Shown here piece by piece: positions 20,190 through 28,861 of a DNA stretch of 64,000 nucleotides. The stretch comes from an uncultured delta proteobacterium. Its GTDB lineage: Bacteria > Myxococcota_A > Polyangia > Polyangiales > Polyangiaceae. A program made the translations under genes and the position numbers. The first letter of the stretch is position 1. The number at the start of each line of letters is the position of its first letter. The stretch spans positions 3,712,001 to 3,776,000 of the forward strand of contig CAWAIF010000003.1 of the NCBI GenBank assembly GCA_963782055.1. The letters are read 5' to 3'. The notes beneath the pieces were generated by a model, which saw only the letters and a list, made by a program, of their open reading frames with translations, searched no databases and was not told where the DNA came from.

Positions 20190-21325
20190 GCCGGCTCCCG
20201 CCCGAGCACGCGCTCGTAGACCGCGCACGTGCGCCGGACCATGCGCGCGACGGTGAAGCGCGCGAGCGCCGTCTCGCGGCCGCGCAGGCCCATGCGCCGC
20301 CGCTCCTCCTCCGGGAGGGCGAAGAAGCGGGCGAGGCTCCCTGCGATCGCGTGCGGACCGGCCCCCTCCATCGCCAGGCCGGTCTCCGCGTCGCACACCA
20401 GATCGTCCACGTTGGCCCCGGGGCTCACGATCGCCGGCGTTCCGCACGCCAGGCTCTCCAGCACCACGTTGGGCAGCCCCTCGAAGATGGAGGGGAGCAC
20501 CATGGCGTCGGCCGCGCCCAGCAGCTCCTCCACCTCCCGCACCACGCCGGCGAAGCGCACGAGATCGCCGGTGCGCGTGAGGGCGATGGCCGCGCGCAGG
20601 TACGTGCCGTAACGGGTGTGGGCCTCCTGCCGCCCGGCGAAGATCACCCGCACGTCCGGCGGGAGCTGCCCGCGCGCACGCAGCAGCGCGAGCGCGGCCA
20701 CCAGCGCGATCTGGTTCTTCTGCGACGAGATGCGGCCGGGCACGACCAGCGTGGTGCCGGTCATCCCGAAGCGCTCGCGCGCGGTCCGGCGCTCCTCCGC
20801 CGACGGGGGCCGGAAGCGGCGCGTGTCCACGCCGTTCTCCACCACGTCGATCCGGTCCGCCCGGACGCGCGCCCGGCGCACCAGCTCCTCGCGGATCCCC
20901 ACCGAGTTGACGATGAGCGCGTCGGTGAGGCGGTGGGTGAGCCGCTCGTGGCGGATCGCCTGCGCGGGCAGGCGCGTGCAGCGCACCGACCCGACGGCCT
21001 TTCCGATGCCGGTCATGCGCACCGCGAGGCGGCCATAGAGGTTCTGGTGCCCGAGGTAGCTGTGGAGCACGTCCGGCCGCACCTGCCGCAGCACGCGGGC
21101 GAGGCGAAGGAGCGTCGCCGGCTCCGGCCCCTGCGGCGATCGCAGGTCGGTGCGGGTGACGAAGGGCAGATCGTAGCCGAGCTGGTCCGCCGGGTTGCAG
21201 ACGGCGAGGTGCGGCTCGTAGCGCGCGAGGTCCAGCCCGGCGACCAGCTCGGCGACCTGACGCTCCGCGCCCCCCTGTTCGAAGGACGAGACGAAGTAGA
21301 GGACCTTGACCCGGCGACCCGGCAC
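20186..21325 (-). CDS. Glycosyltransferase family 4 (paralog of 12515-13696)
   Basis: GGAERQ, DQLGY, SVRCTRLP, VENGVD, EGLPNVVLESLACGTP shared with the first copy. Confidence 0.9.
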   Translation of the reverse strand: MPGRRVKVLYFVSSFEQGGAERQVAELVAGLDLARYEPHLAVCNPADQLGYDLPFVTRTDLRSPQGPEPATLLRLARVLRQVRPDVLHSYLGHQNLYGRLAVRMTGIGKAVGSVRCTRLPAQAIRHERLTHRLTDALIVNSVGIREELVRRARVRADRIDVVENGVDTRRFRPPSAEERRTARERFGMTGTTLVVPGRISSQKNQIALVAALALLRARGQLPPDVRVIFAGRQEAHTRYGTYLRAAIALTRTGDLVRFAGVVREVEELLGAADAMVLPSIFEGLPNVVLESLACGTPAIVSPGANVDDLVCDAETGLAMEGAGPHAIAGSLARFFALPEEERRRMGLRGRETALARFTVARMVRRTCAVYERVLGREPA

Positions 21326-21789
21326 GCCCACCGCGTAGCACAACTTCCCCCCGCACGCGTGCCCGCGACCCGCCCCGGGCTGGGAGGGGACGCGCCCATG
21401 CCCCGCCCACTCGATCGCACGAGGCAGCCCTCCGCGACCTCACGCCCCCGCTCCGGGTGGCGCGTGAAGTGCCTGAAGGCTTCGGCCTCGCGCTCGCGGT
21501 CCCTCCTCACATCCTCCGTCGACTCGGGTGTGCGACGTGCCCGAGTCGGCCCCCGCGCGACGGCGAGGCGCGCGCTCCCCCGACTGCTGGACGCGTCGCG
21601 CTGGTGTGGGAGAGCCGTCCAGAACTGCTCCCGAGGAACCGCTGCGGTTCCCTCCGGGGTGGCGGTCGGGTTTACGGATTCGTCACCAGACGACGATTGA
21701 CGACTATCGCGATCCGATCTGTAGTGGTCTTGTCGGGGGACTGAGCCGCAAGTCGCCTCCGACGTCGACTTCGACGCGAGGAGGACTCG

Positions 21790-23282
21790 ATGGACCACAT
21801 GCCCCCCCCGGACGTACACGCACATACTCTAGCTCTGCTGCCGAGCTCGTTCCGCTCGCGCTCGCACTGACGCTTTCGATGGCGGCTTCGCTCGGGTGCA
21901 GCCCCGCGCCGCTTCCCAGCCCCGGACCGGAGCAGCTCGTCGACAACAACGGGGACGAGACCTCCGCGGGCTTCGCGCCGGCGAGCGTCGGCGAGGCGGC
22001 CGGGATCCCGGTCGCCTTTCCCGCGACGGCCGTGTCCTCGTTCAACGAGTTCAGCGTGCCTACCACCAACGGCGGCTCGCTCTTCGGCTATGCTTGGACG
22101 GTGGACGGCATCAACTGGACGAGCTGCAACGCGGACCAGTCGGGGCCTTGCTTCGTTCCCAAGCACCCGTCGCAGAAGAACTGGCGTGGAGACCCCGCCA
22201 TCGCCGCCGCGCCGCAGGGTGGCGGGATCGTCGTCGCGGCCAACCTGGCCAACACCACCGACGACTCCGGCAACCCGAACATGATCGTAGCGGCGCTCTC
22301 CTTCGACGGGGGGCGCTCCTACGGCAACACCCAGTGGGTGAATGGCGATGGCTGCACGGACGGCGATCAGGACCAGGAAGCCATCGCCTTCGACCCGACC
22401 ACGACCGAGCCGACCGTGTGGATCGCCTGGCGGCACAACGGGGCCGCTGGTCTCTCGGGGACGTACGGGATCTGCGTCCGCGGAGGCACGGTGAACGCTG
22501 CGGCGCACACCATCGACTGGTTCGGCCCGTCGGAGGAGATGCAGAACCTCGACCGCGCGCCCTTCCACGGCGCCGGCGGCCTGCTGATCCAGCCGGCACA
22601 CGACGCCGTGACGGTGATGTACTCGAACACCGACCGTGCGGACACGTCGATCTTTTGCAGCACGCACGACACGCAGGTCAAGTGGTTCACAGGCACGACG
22701 ACCGATGCCGGGGCGAGCTGGTCGTCGAGCCACTTGGTCTACGACACCCAGACCTTCCACTGGTGCACGTCCGGGTTGCACTACCAGAACGGACTGCGGG
22801 CCTTCGGCTTCGTGCGCGACTCCTATGGTGACCTCTGGGCTGCCGTTCACGACAGCCCCGGCACCATCCGCACCTTCACCAGCACGGACGAAGGCACCAC
22901 GTGGATCGCCAACAGGGTGATCTCGGTGATCGGATTCCCCGATCTCCTCTTTCCGACGCTCGCCGCGGGCGCGGGGGGACGAGTGGGCCTCACCTTCTAC
23001 GGCAGCGAATCTGCGGAGCGAACGATGCGGATGTTCTTCACGGCCAAGGGCTACGATCCCGCGCAGCCTCAGCGCTGGAGCTTCCCGCTGGCGTACGGCA
23101 ACGTGTTCCTGGCGTCGGGGCTGCTGAGCCGATCGCTCGGCGATTACCTCGGGATGACCGTCGTGCCGAGCGGCTCCTTTCACTTCGGCGACGACGAGAC
23201 CTTCCTGCCGCTCTACACCGACGGCGGCGGGGCGGGCTTTCAGGTCTCGTCGGCGCTCATCGACATGCCGGGGACGCTGTGA
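21790..23282 (+). CDS. Sialidase-like (BNR/Asp-box) beta-propeller lipoprotein; SD+ATG at 21790 is out of frame across a C8 tract
   Basis: Asp-box-like SFDGGRSY, TTDAGASW, STDEGTTW; GDPAIA and LGDYLGM; hydrophobic stretch ending SLGC; long open frame 21528-23282. Confidence 0.65.
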
Positions 23283-23677
23283 TCGCTCCGCGCCGTTGCA
23301 GCGCATTCCTTCTCGCCTGTGCAATCTTCGGGCTGGGCGCCGCCCCGGCCTGCGGGGGCCGAACCGGCGACGGTACGGACGCCGGTGTCGACGGGGCGGC
23401 AGACGCCGGTGCGGAGGCTGGACCCTGCGACCCCAATGTCCCGAGGCTGCCTCAACAACCCTGCACCGCCGACCTCGTCAAGATCTGCCAGGACTGGGCG
23501 GCCCAGGCGGCCGCACCCGCCGGCGCTTACGGCTCCGCGACCTGTGATGTGGACGGCGTCACAGGCCACACGGGCTGTGTGAGCACGTGCAGCGGCGACT
23601 GCCAGAGTCCTGCGGTCTGCGCGAGCGACACGCCCGGCGGCCCCCTGCACTGCGTGACCGCCTGCAAGGGGCTCTGA
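23279..23677 (+). CDS. Small Cys-rich lipoprotein
   Basis: GTGA overlap; signal ending PACGG, DAGVDGAADAG linker, Cys-rich C-terminus. Confidence 0.7.
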   Translation: MIAPRRCSAFLLACAIFGLGAAPACGGRTGDGTDAGVDGAADAGAEAGPCDPNVPRLPQQPCTADLVKICQDWAAQAAAPAGAYGSATCDVDGVTGHTGCVSTCSGDCQSPAVCASDTPGGPLHCVTACKGL

Positions 23678-23679
23678 GC

Positions 23680-24123
23680 GTGCGGCGCCTTCGTCTACTC
23701 GCCGTGCTCCTCGTGACGGCGTCCGCTGCCTGCGGCGGCGTCGTGGTGGACGACGACGGCGGCGCCAACTCGAACGGAGACGCCGCCCCCACGGGGGATG
23801 GCGCGCCGGACGACGCCGCCGGTGTGCCCCCCTTCCTCGACGCCTCGTGGGACAGCCCCTGCTACACCGTCAGCTACTCCTTCGGGGACGGCAAGTGCTC
23901 CCCGGAGCGCGACGCCATCTGCGAGGCCAAGGCAATGCGTGCCGCCGTCGACGCCTATGCGCACTCGCGATGCCTGAACGGCCTCTGCACCCGCGGGGAC
24001 TACTGCTACGGCAACCCCGTCGTGTGCGCCTGCTCGCCCAAGGTCATCTGCGCGGCGGGGTACGTCTGCTACAGCTTCACGCCCGACGGCGGCGCGCACT
24101 GCAAGGTGGAGTGCACCCCCTGA
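23680..24123 (+). CDS. Small Cys-rich lipoprotein (related to 23279-23677)
   Basis: RRLRLLAVLLVTASAACGG; C-terminus VCYSFTPDGGAHCKVEC resembles VCASDTPGGPLHCVTAC of its neighbour. Confidence 0.7.
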   Translation: MRRLRLLAVLLVTASAACGGVVVDDDGGANSNGDAAPTGDGAPDDAAGVPPFLDASWDSPCYTVSYSFGDGKCSPERDAICEAKAMRAAVDAYAHSRCLNGLCTRGDYCYGNPVVCACSPKVICAAGYVCYSFTPDGGAHCKVECTP

Positions 24124-24195
24124 CGCGCCCGCCAACGACGCCGTCACCTGTACAGACGCCTTGACAGGTCGCCGCGACGTTGGCGAGATGCGCTC

Positions 24196-24774
24196 GTGCA
24201 AGGGGACGTCCGGGACCTCGCCCGCCGCTGGGAGCGCTCGCTGCGGCGCGCCCTGCCCGCGGTCCGGCGCGAGGCCCTCCGCCTCGAGCGCGGCGCGCTC
24301 CGGAGGCCGGAGCGCTTCCACGATCTCGGCGTCGCGCTGGACGCGTGGCGGCGCTCCGGGCGCTTCCGCCTCCTCGGCTTCCGCTCCTTCACCGCGTACC
24401 TCCGCGCGCGCGGGGGGATGAGCCGCGCGACGGCGTACAAGCTCATGGCGGTGGCGTCGGGCATGGACAGGGCGACGGCGAACGCGCTCGGTCTGGAGCG
24501 CGCCTACGCGGCGACGCGCCTCGGCCCGCGGGGCACCGCCCTCGCCGCCGACAGCTCCGTCCGCGCCCTGCGTGCCCGCGCGACCGCCACGCCGGGCCGC
24601 GCCGCCGGCGCCGCCGCCCGCGCCCTCGCCGCGGCCCTCCGCGCGCCGCTCGGTGACCGCGGGCGCGTCCGCGCCTCGCGCCGCGGCAAGGGGTGGCGGA
24701 TCGCGCTCGAGCTGAACGTCGAGGACGCCCGCACGCTCGCCCGGCTCGTCCGGGCGCCGCGCCGATCGCCTTGA
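24196..24774 (+). CDS. Hypothetical basic protein with HTH-like segment
   Basis: 192 aa, Arg/Ala-rich; GFRSFTAYLRARGGMSRATAYKLM looks like a helix-turn-helix. Confidence 0.5.
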   Translation: MQGDVRDLARRWERSLRRALPAVRREALRLERGALRRPERFHDLGVALDAWRRSGRFRLLGFRSFTAYLRARGGMSRATAYKLMAVASGMDRATANALGLERAYAATRLGPRGTALAADSSVRALRARATATPGRAAGAAARALAAALRAPLGDRGRVRASRRGKGWRIALELNVEDARTLARLVRAPRRSP

Positions 24775-24823
24775 CGTCCCGTCCCCCGGCCAGGAGGGAA
24801 CGGACACCCGCGCACGTCGCACG

Positions 24824-24989
24824 TTCCCATTCCCTTCCCCTTCCCATTCCCTCCCCCTTCCCCTTCCCCTTCCCCCTTCGCGTTCGCACTGCAGGCGCGT
24901 GGGCGGGCGCGGGCGCGGGCGCGAACGCGGGCGCGGGCGCGAACGCGAGCGCGAGCGCGAGCGCGGGCGCGGGCGAGGGCGAGGGCGGG
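24824..24989. repeat. Polypyrimidine (TTCCC/TTCCCC)n tract followed by a (GCGGGC/GCGAGC/GCGAAC)n hexamer array
   Basis: Read directly: C/T tract ~24824-24879, hexamers ~24895-24989. Confidence 0.9.
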
Positions 24990-25023
24990 AGAGGAGGGGG
25001 CTCGCTCGGGGGGAGGTCATCGT

Positions 25024-25107
25024 CCCGCCGTGCTCGGAGTCGGCAAGGCCGGGCCGTGCTCGCCGTCCTCGCCGTGCTCGGCCTTGCCGACTCCTGCGCG
25101 CGGCGGG
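25024..25107 (+). ncRNA. Putative structured leader (long hairpin) upstream of four-helix-bundle gene 1
   Basis: GGAGTCGGCAAGGC 25036-25049 pairs perfectly with 25081-25094; outer stem 25024-25033/25098-25107; homologous to 26096-26220. Confidence 0.55.
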
Positions 25108-25162
25108 CTCGGGCGTTCGCCCCCCGCGCGAGGGTGCGCGGGCGCATGCAAGGAGTCGAACG

Positions 25163-25487
25163 ATGTTGCGTATCTATCCTGTGTTGCTGGAGCTCGTGCG
25201 GACGCTGGCACCTCTCGTGCGGGAGCTAGAGCGGCATGATCCAGAATCTCGCGCGGCAGTGCCGGCGGGCGCTGGCGAGCGCACCGCTCAACGTGGCGGA
25301 GGGAATGTACTCGCAGGGGCGCAACCGGAGGGCGCGCTACCACAACGCGCTCGGCTCCCTGCGGGAGGTGCTGGCGTGCTTCGAGGTGGCGGCGGCGCTC
25401 GGCTACTTGCCCGGGCTCGAGGACGGGCTGCGGGACCGCGTGGATCACGTGCTCGGCACGCTGGTCCGCCTCGTCGGCGCGCGATGA
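25163..25487 (+). pseudogene. Four-helix-bundle protein (IVP/Avd-like family) with a one-base frameshift near 25245
   Basis: AGGAG SD 25151-25155; MLRIYPVLLEL..RHDP, then LARQCRRALASAPLNVAEG..ALGSLRE in another frame; span is 3n+1. Confidence 0.8.
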
Positions 25488-25494
25488 GGCGCGC

Positions 25495-25696
25495 GATCGG
25501 CGACGTCGCCGGAAGATCGGCGACGTCGCCGATGCGCCTGGGCGCGAGCGCGTGGGCGGGGGCGGGCGCGAGCGCGGGCGCGGGCGCGGGCGCGTGGGCG
25601 GGCGCGGGCGCGTGGGCGGGCGCGTGGGCGCGTGGGCGAGCGCGAGCGCGTGGCCGGAACCGGGCGGGCGCGATGAGACAGGACATCGCGCCCGCC
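25495..25696. repeat. Palindromic direct repeat, GC hexamer array and hairpin between the convergent genes
   Basis: GATCGGCGACGTCGCCG x2 (25495-25511, 25515-25531); (GCGGGC/GCGTGG)n ~25541-25652; 13-bp inverted repeat 25663-25675/25684-25696. Confidence 0.85.
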
Positions 25697-25714
25697 GGGC
25701 CTGCGGCCGGGCCT

Positions 25715-26041
25715 CTAGTGCGCGCCCGCCAGCCGCACCAGCGTTCCCAGCACGTGCCGGAAGCGCGCCTCGAGCGCCGCCTCCAGCTCCGGCATGTAGC
25801 CGAGCGCCGCCGCCACCTCGAAGCACGCCTGCGTCTCGCGCAGCGAGCCCAGCGCGGTGTGGTAGCGCGCCTGCTTGTTGCGCCCCCGCGCGTACGCGCC
25901 CTCCGCGACGTTGAGCGGCACGCTCGCCAGCGCCCGCCGGCACTGCCGCGCGAGATCCGGATCGTGCCGCCCGAGCTCCCGCAACCGCGGCCCGACCTCG
26001 CGCACCAGCTCCAGCACCACGGAATAGATTCGAAGGTTCAT
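25715..26041 (-). CDS. Four-helix-bundle protein (IVP/Avd-like family)
   Basis: 108 aa; LRIY..DLARQCRRALASVPLNVAEG..ALGSLRETQACFEVA matches the family pattern QxxRAxxSxxxNxAEG..A.GS..E; AGGAG SD. Confidence 0.85.
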   Translation of the reverse strand: MNLRIYSVVLELVREVGPRLRELGRHDPDLARQCRRALASVPLNVAEGAYARGRNKQARYHTALGSLRETQACFEVAAALGYMPELEAALEARFRHVLGTLVRLAGAH

Positions 26042-26095
26042 CACGCGCTCCTCGGCAACGCCCCGCGCACCGCGCGCGGGGGGCCCAAGCCCACA

Positions 26096-26220
26096 CCCGC
26101 CGCGCGCAGGAGCTGTCGAGGCTGCGCGCGAAGCGCGCACCGCGCGCAGCCGCCCGGAGGGCGCGAAGCGCCCGAGGACGGCGAGCACGGCCCGGCCTCG
26201 ACAGCTCCGAGCACGGCGGG
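26096..26220 (-). ncRNA. Putative structured leader upstream of four-helix-bundle gene 2
   Basis: 14-bp perfect stem 26109-26122/26195-26208 plus outer stem; same flanking motifs as 25024-25107. Confidence 0.55.
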
Positions 26221-26245
26221 ACCATCCCCTCCCCCGAGCGAGAGC

Positions 26246-26460
26246 TCCCTTCCCGTTCCTTCCCCTTCACCTTCCGCGCCAACGGGGGGGATGACGCAAG
26301 CGCGAGGGCGAGCGCGGGCGCGAGGGCGAGCGCGAGCGCGAGGGCGAGCGCGAGCGCGGGCGCGTGTGGGGAGGGCGTCACCATCCCCTTCCCCTTCCCC
26401 TTCGCCCTTCCCTTCCCCCTTCCCCTTCGCCCTTCCCGTTCCCCTTCGCCCTTCCCCCTC
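26246..26460. repeat. C/T tract, (GCGAGG/GCGAGC/GCGGGC)n array and long (TTCCCC/TTCGCCC)n tract
   Basis: Read directly: ~26246-26275, ~26299-26365, ~26384-26460. Confidence 0.9.
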
Positions 26461-27438
26461 TCAATAGGCCGACAGACCCAGCTCCAGCGCCAATCCCAGC
26501 GTCTCCACCCCCGCCGTCCCCGCCGTCCCCGCCAGCGGGTGCTCCGGACCGACCTGCACCAGCCACACGCCCAGCACGCGCAGCTCGGCGTCGCTCATCG
26601 CCGCGAAGGGCGCGGGCAGCCGCGGACGCACCGCGCGGACCTCGCTCTCCGGCACCACGTGCGTCGTCGCCGCCCACGCCGTCCGCAGGCCGTGGCGCTC
26701 GCCCAGACCGAGGAGCGCGCCGGCGCGCACGCGGTTGGGCAGGTCCAGGTGCGACGCCATCCTCCGGTAGACGCGCGCGGGGAAGAGCAGGAAGTCCAGC
26801 TCGTTGTCGAAGCGCGTCCCGTGGCAGCGCAGGTCCACCTTGTGGATCGCCACCGCGCCGGGCGCGAGCACCGGGGCCAGGTCGTCGAACAGGGCGTCCA
26901 GATCGTGCACGTGCTCCAGCACGGCGCGGGACAGCACCAGATCGTAGCGCCTGTCCTCCCGCGCCGCGCCGCGCAGGTCCCGCAGCATGCGCGTGGACGA
27001 GAGCAGCTCGCCCACCGAGGCCGGATCGCGTCCCTCCCCCCGCGCCAGCGGCGCGTAGATGGCGCGCTTGTAGGCCTCGTCGCGCGACTCGATGTCGAAG
27101 GCGTCGACGCCGTCCCAGCGCGCCGCGCCGCGCAGGAGCGTCAGCAGGCCCACCGCGCGGGTATCACCGGGCCCCAGCTCCAGCACGCTCCGGCCGCGGT
27201 ACAGCGGCCCGTCGATCCCCGCCGCGCGGGCCACCGCCTCGTAGTCGTCGGCGACCGCGCGGAAGTAGCGCGCCCCCGCCTCCCCGTCGCGCCCCTCCCC
27301 TCGCCCGGTCGCGCCCGCGCGCCGCTTGGTCCAGTCGTGCAGCCGCGGCACCCTGCGTGCCAGCTCGTTCTCCCAGGCGAAGCCGAGGAAGGTGCGCGCC
27401 GCCCAGGCGAGCTTCCGCGAGGACCCGAGCGCGCTCAT
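26461..27438 (-). CDS. Class I SAM-dependent methyltransferase
   Basis: VLELGPGD, YDLVLSRAVLEHV, HKVDLRCHG; ATGA overlap with the kinase stop. Confidence 0.8.
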   Translation of the reverse strand: MSALGSSRKLAWAARTFLGFAWENELARRVPRLHDWTKRRAGATGRGEGRDGEAGARYFRAVADDYEAVARAAGIDGPLYRGRSVLELGPGDTRAVGLLTLLRGAARWDGVDAFDIESRDEAYKRAIYAPLARGEGRDPASVGELLSSTRMLRDLRGAAREDRRYDLVLSRAVLEHVHDLDALFDDLAPVLAPGAVAIHKVDLRCHGTRFDNELDFLLFPARVYRRMASHLDLPNRVRAGALLGLGERHGLRTAWAATTHVVPESEVRAVRPRLPAPFAAMSDAELRVLGVWLVQVGPEHPLAGTAGTAGVETLGLALELGLSAY

Positions 27439-28775
27439 CCGCTCCGCAGCGCCATCCACGCCAGCACGAACGCCAGCCCCGCCCCCGCGCCCATCGCCGC
27501 GTAGAGGGCGATGCCCTTCGCCTCGCTGGGCCTCCGCGGCAACGGCGTGGCCGAGGTCGTGCGCACCAGCGCCGCCGACGGCGTCGTCGGCCCCGCCGGC
27601 GCCTCGATCCGCACCAAGAAGTCGCGCGGTCCCTCCGGGAGCTCCGGCTCTGCGGGGGGCAAGAGCTCCCGCACCGGCGGCAGGTCCTCCTCCTCCAGGT
27701 CCTCCGGCGGCAGCAGCGGCACGCTCGGCTCCAGCGGCGGCACCTCCGCAAGCGGCACGCTGGGAAGGAACGTCGTGCGCTCCCTGCCCGTCGCGAGGCT
27801 GAGCCAGTCGGCCTGCTTCTCCGCCTCGCCGGGGAACAGCTCCGCCACCAGCATCGCCAGGTGCGCGCGCAGCTCGGCGTCGGAGGTCGAGCCGATGACC
27901 TCATCCAGATCGTCGGCCATCTCGCCGGCGGAGGCGTAGCGCGTGTCGCGATCGTGGCGCAGCGCGCGCTCGATGACGCGCCAGAGCGGCGCGTGGAAGT
28001 CCTGGATGAAGGTGCGCGGGTCGGGCACCTCGCCCCTCTGGATGGCGCGCACGGTGGCGACGTCGGTGTCGCGCTTGAAGAGGCGCCGCATCGTCGTCGT
28101 CTCCCAGAGCGTCGTGCCCAGGGCGTACAGGTCGGAGCGCCCATCCAGGTTGTCCTCCTTGATCTGCTCCGGCGAGAGGTACGGGATCTTGCCCTTGATG
28201 AGCCCGCGGGTGCTCTTGGTCTGCCGCTTGCGCGCCTTGGCCAGGCCGAAGTCGATCAGCTTCACGCTGCCGTCGTAGCCGATGAAGATGTTGCTGGGGT
28301 TCACGTCGCGGTGGACGATGTTCAGGCGGTGGTGGTCGTCCTCGTCGACGAGATCGTGGGCGTGCTGCAGCCCGCGCGCGACCTCCCGCGCGACCCACGC
28401 GGCGACGTCCAGCGGGACGCGCTTGCCCAGGCTCGCCGCCATCTCCCAGACGTCCAGCAGCGTGCGGCCCATCAGCAGCTCCATCGCGATGAACCACGCC
28501 CCGGCCTGCGAGCCGAAGCCCACCGTGCGGATCACGTTGGGGTGATTGAGCCGCGTGAGCAGGTGCGCCTCGTCGAGGAACATCTTCTCGTAGGCCGGGC
28601 TCTGGACGAACTCGCCCTTGACCACCTTGAGGGCCACCACCTCCTGCCCCGGCGGCGGCTCCTCGCCGGGCGCGGCCACGTAGCGGCCCAGGTAGACGGA
28701 GGCCATGCCGCCGCCCCCGATCTTCGGACCGAGCGCGAACGGTCCGAGGACCTCGTGCGACGGGGCGAGCGTCAT
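27435..28775 (-). CDS. Ser/Thr protein kinase (Hanks type) with C-terminal TM
   Basis: GGGGMASVY, VALK, HRDVNPSN, DFGLAK, YLSPEQ, DLYALG. Confidence 0.95.
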   Translation of the reverse strand: MTLAPSHEVLGPFALGPKIGGGGMASVYLGRYVAAPGEEPPPGQEVVALKVVKGEFVQSPAYEKMFLDEAHLLTRLNHPNVIRTVGFGSQAGAWFIAMELLMGRTLLDVWEMAASLGKRVPLDVAAWVAREVARGLQHAHDLVDEDDHHRLNIVHRDVNPSNIFIGYDGSVKLIDFGLAKARKRQTKSTRGLIKGKIPYLSPEQIKEDNLDGRSDLYALGTTLWETTTMRRLFKRDTDVATVRAIQRGEVPDPRTFIQDFHAPLWRVIERALRHDRDTRYASAGEMADDLDEVIGSTSDAELRAHLAMLVAELFPGEAEKQADWLSLATGRERTTFLPSVPLAEVPPLEPSVPLLPPEDLEEEDLPPVRELLPPAEPELPEGPRDFLVRIEAPAGPTTPSAALVRTTSATPLPRRPSEAKGIALYAAMGAGAGLAFVLAWMALRSG

Positions 28776-28861
28776 GGCGAAGAGAGCGTAGCCGAACCCG
28801 GAGACGTGTCCAAAGTGGCGGAGCGCTCCTCGCCCGACGCGCAGCGGAGGGCCCGCGTGGG

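Noticed and set aside
24775..26460. Diversity-generating retroelement or 23S rRNA intervening sequence, suggested by Avd/IVP-like genes
   Set aside because: No reverse transcriptase, no TR/VR pair differing at adenines and no rRNA sequence seen in the window
24824..26460. CRISPR array
   Set aside because: Repeats are degenerate 5-6-mers without unique spacers; no cas genes
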